Below are positions 63,469 to 64,000 of a stretch of DNA of 64,000 nucleotides, in pieces (position 1 is the stretch's first letter; the number at the start of each line of letters is the position of its first letter). The notes beneath the pieces were generated by a model, which saw only the letters and a list, made by a program, of their open reading frames with translations, did not search any database and was not told the origin of the DNA. The DNA is taken from IMG/VR virus record IMGVR_UViG_3300037467_001397, positions 2,549-66,548 of that record; one strand, given 5' to 3'. The position numbers and the translations under genes are program-made. Origin of the DNA: a virus.

Positions 63469-64000
63469 CTAGGTCTCCGCCTGGCGGGTGACGCAGTTCC
63501 AGCCCTGGTCGGTCAACTCAGCCGACGACAGGATGAACCGGCGCCCGAGATCGTCGGTGACGATGTCGGAGGAGCGCAGGATCGCGCCCTCGAAGTACGG
63601 CATGTAGATCGTGTAGCCGGGCGTGCGGACGTCGCCCGGGAGGTTGACCTCCGAGCCCTCGCCGCGGGCCTTGACGCTCAAGACCGCCGCGGGCCAGCCG
63701 CCGGTCATCACGCCGACCTCGGTCGCCGGCACCGAGCCGCCGTAGGGCTGTGCGCCGTAGCCGGCCTGGCCACCCGGCCGCGTCACGCTGACGAGGTTGG
63801 TCGCGCGGATCGCGCGCGGCGGCAGCAGGGGGTCGAGCGCGATGATGAAGTAGGTGCCCCAATCGGCATGCACGAAGATGTCGGTCACCGCCAGGCCGGT
63901 CATGTCGGCCATGCAGTGGTAGTCCGGCACCTCGCGGTCGTTCGACCGATTGAAGTTAAAATCTTGAGTGGTCGCGCTCGTGAAGGTCGCGGGCAGCGCC
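63469..64000 (-). CDS. Head-closure/neck protein, 5' end outside the window
   Basis: Frame is open to position 64000; YFIIALDPLLPP, LRSSDIVTDDLGRRFILSSAELT..GW. Confidence 0.7.
   Translation of the reverse strand, partial: ALPATFTSATTQDFNFNRSNDREVPDYHCMADMTGLAVTDIFVHADWGTYFIIALDPLLPPRAIRATNLVSVTRPGGQAGYGAQPYGGSVPATEVGVMTGGWPAAVLSVKARGEGSEVNLPGDVRTPGYTIYMPYFEGAILRSSDIVTDDLGRRFILSSAELTDQGWNCVTRQAET

Overview
The whole window is GC-rich tailed-phage DNA, most likely from a temperate myovirus (contractile tail) of an alphaproteobacterial host; no clear host chromosomal gene is present. Left to right: (i) 1-3427, minus strand: virion-accessory-type genes (21-aa repeat protein, LamG-like protein); (ii) small genes with a shared leader, an HNH nuclease and a terminase small subunit, then a repeat-rich intergenic region (6044-6583); (iii) 6597-12753, plus strand: an array of small genes including the anti-restriction gene ardA and a small serine recombinase, driven by six near-identical sigma70 promoters, each followed exactly 5 nt later by the same 22-nt hairpin leader; (iv) 12783-26000, minus strand: tiny membrane/secreted genes, a lytic transglycosylase, a long structured leader behind a NusG paralogue, and a replication/recombination block (primase-SF3 helicase, SSB, HNH, PD-(D/E)XK exonuclease, VRR-NUC, dCMP deaminase, Cro-like); (v) a CI-like repressor, an SF2 helicase fused to five gpNu1-like winged-HTH repeats, and a run of multi-HTH genes; (vi) a ParA/RHH partition pair with a palindromic site, suggesting a phage-plasmid (no integrase in the window); (vii) 33.7-40.9 kb of small paralogous, domain-shuffled genes, including three tandem cassettes whose domains appear swapped at a G-rich 19-bp junction motif; (viii) 40.9-64 kb, minus strand: nucleotide enzymes, lysis, tail fibre, baseplate, tape measure, chaperone with a -1 frameshift, tube, sheath and neck genes. 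Terminase large subunit, portal and capsid are not in the window. All product calls come from motif recognition by eye; no searches were run. Many start codons were re-assigned from RBS and overlap context.
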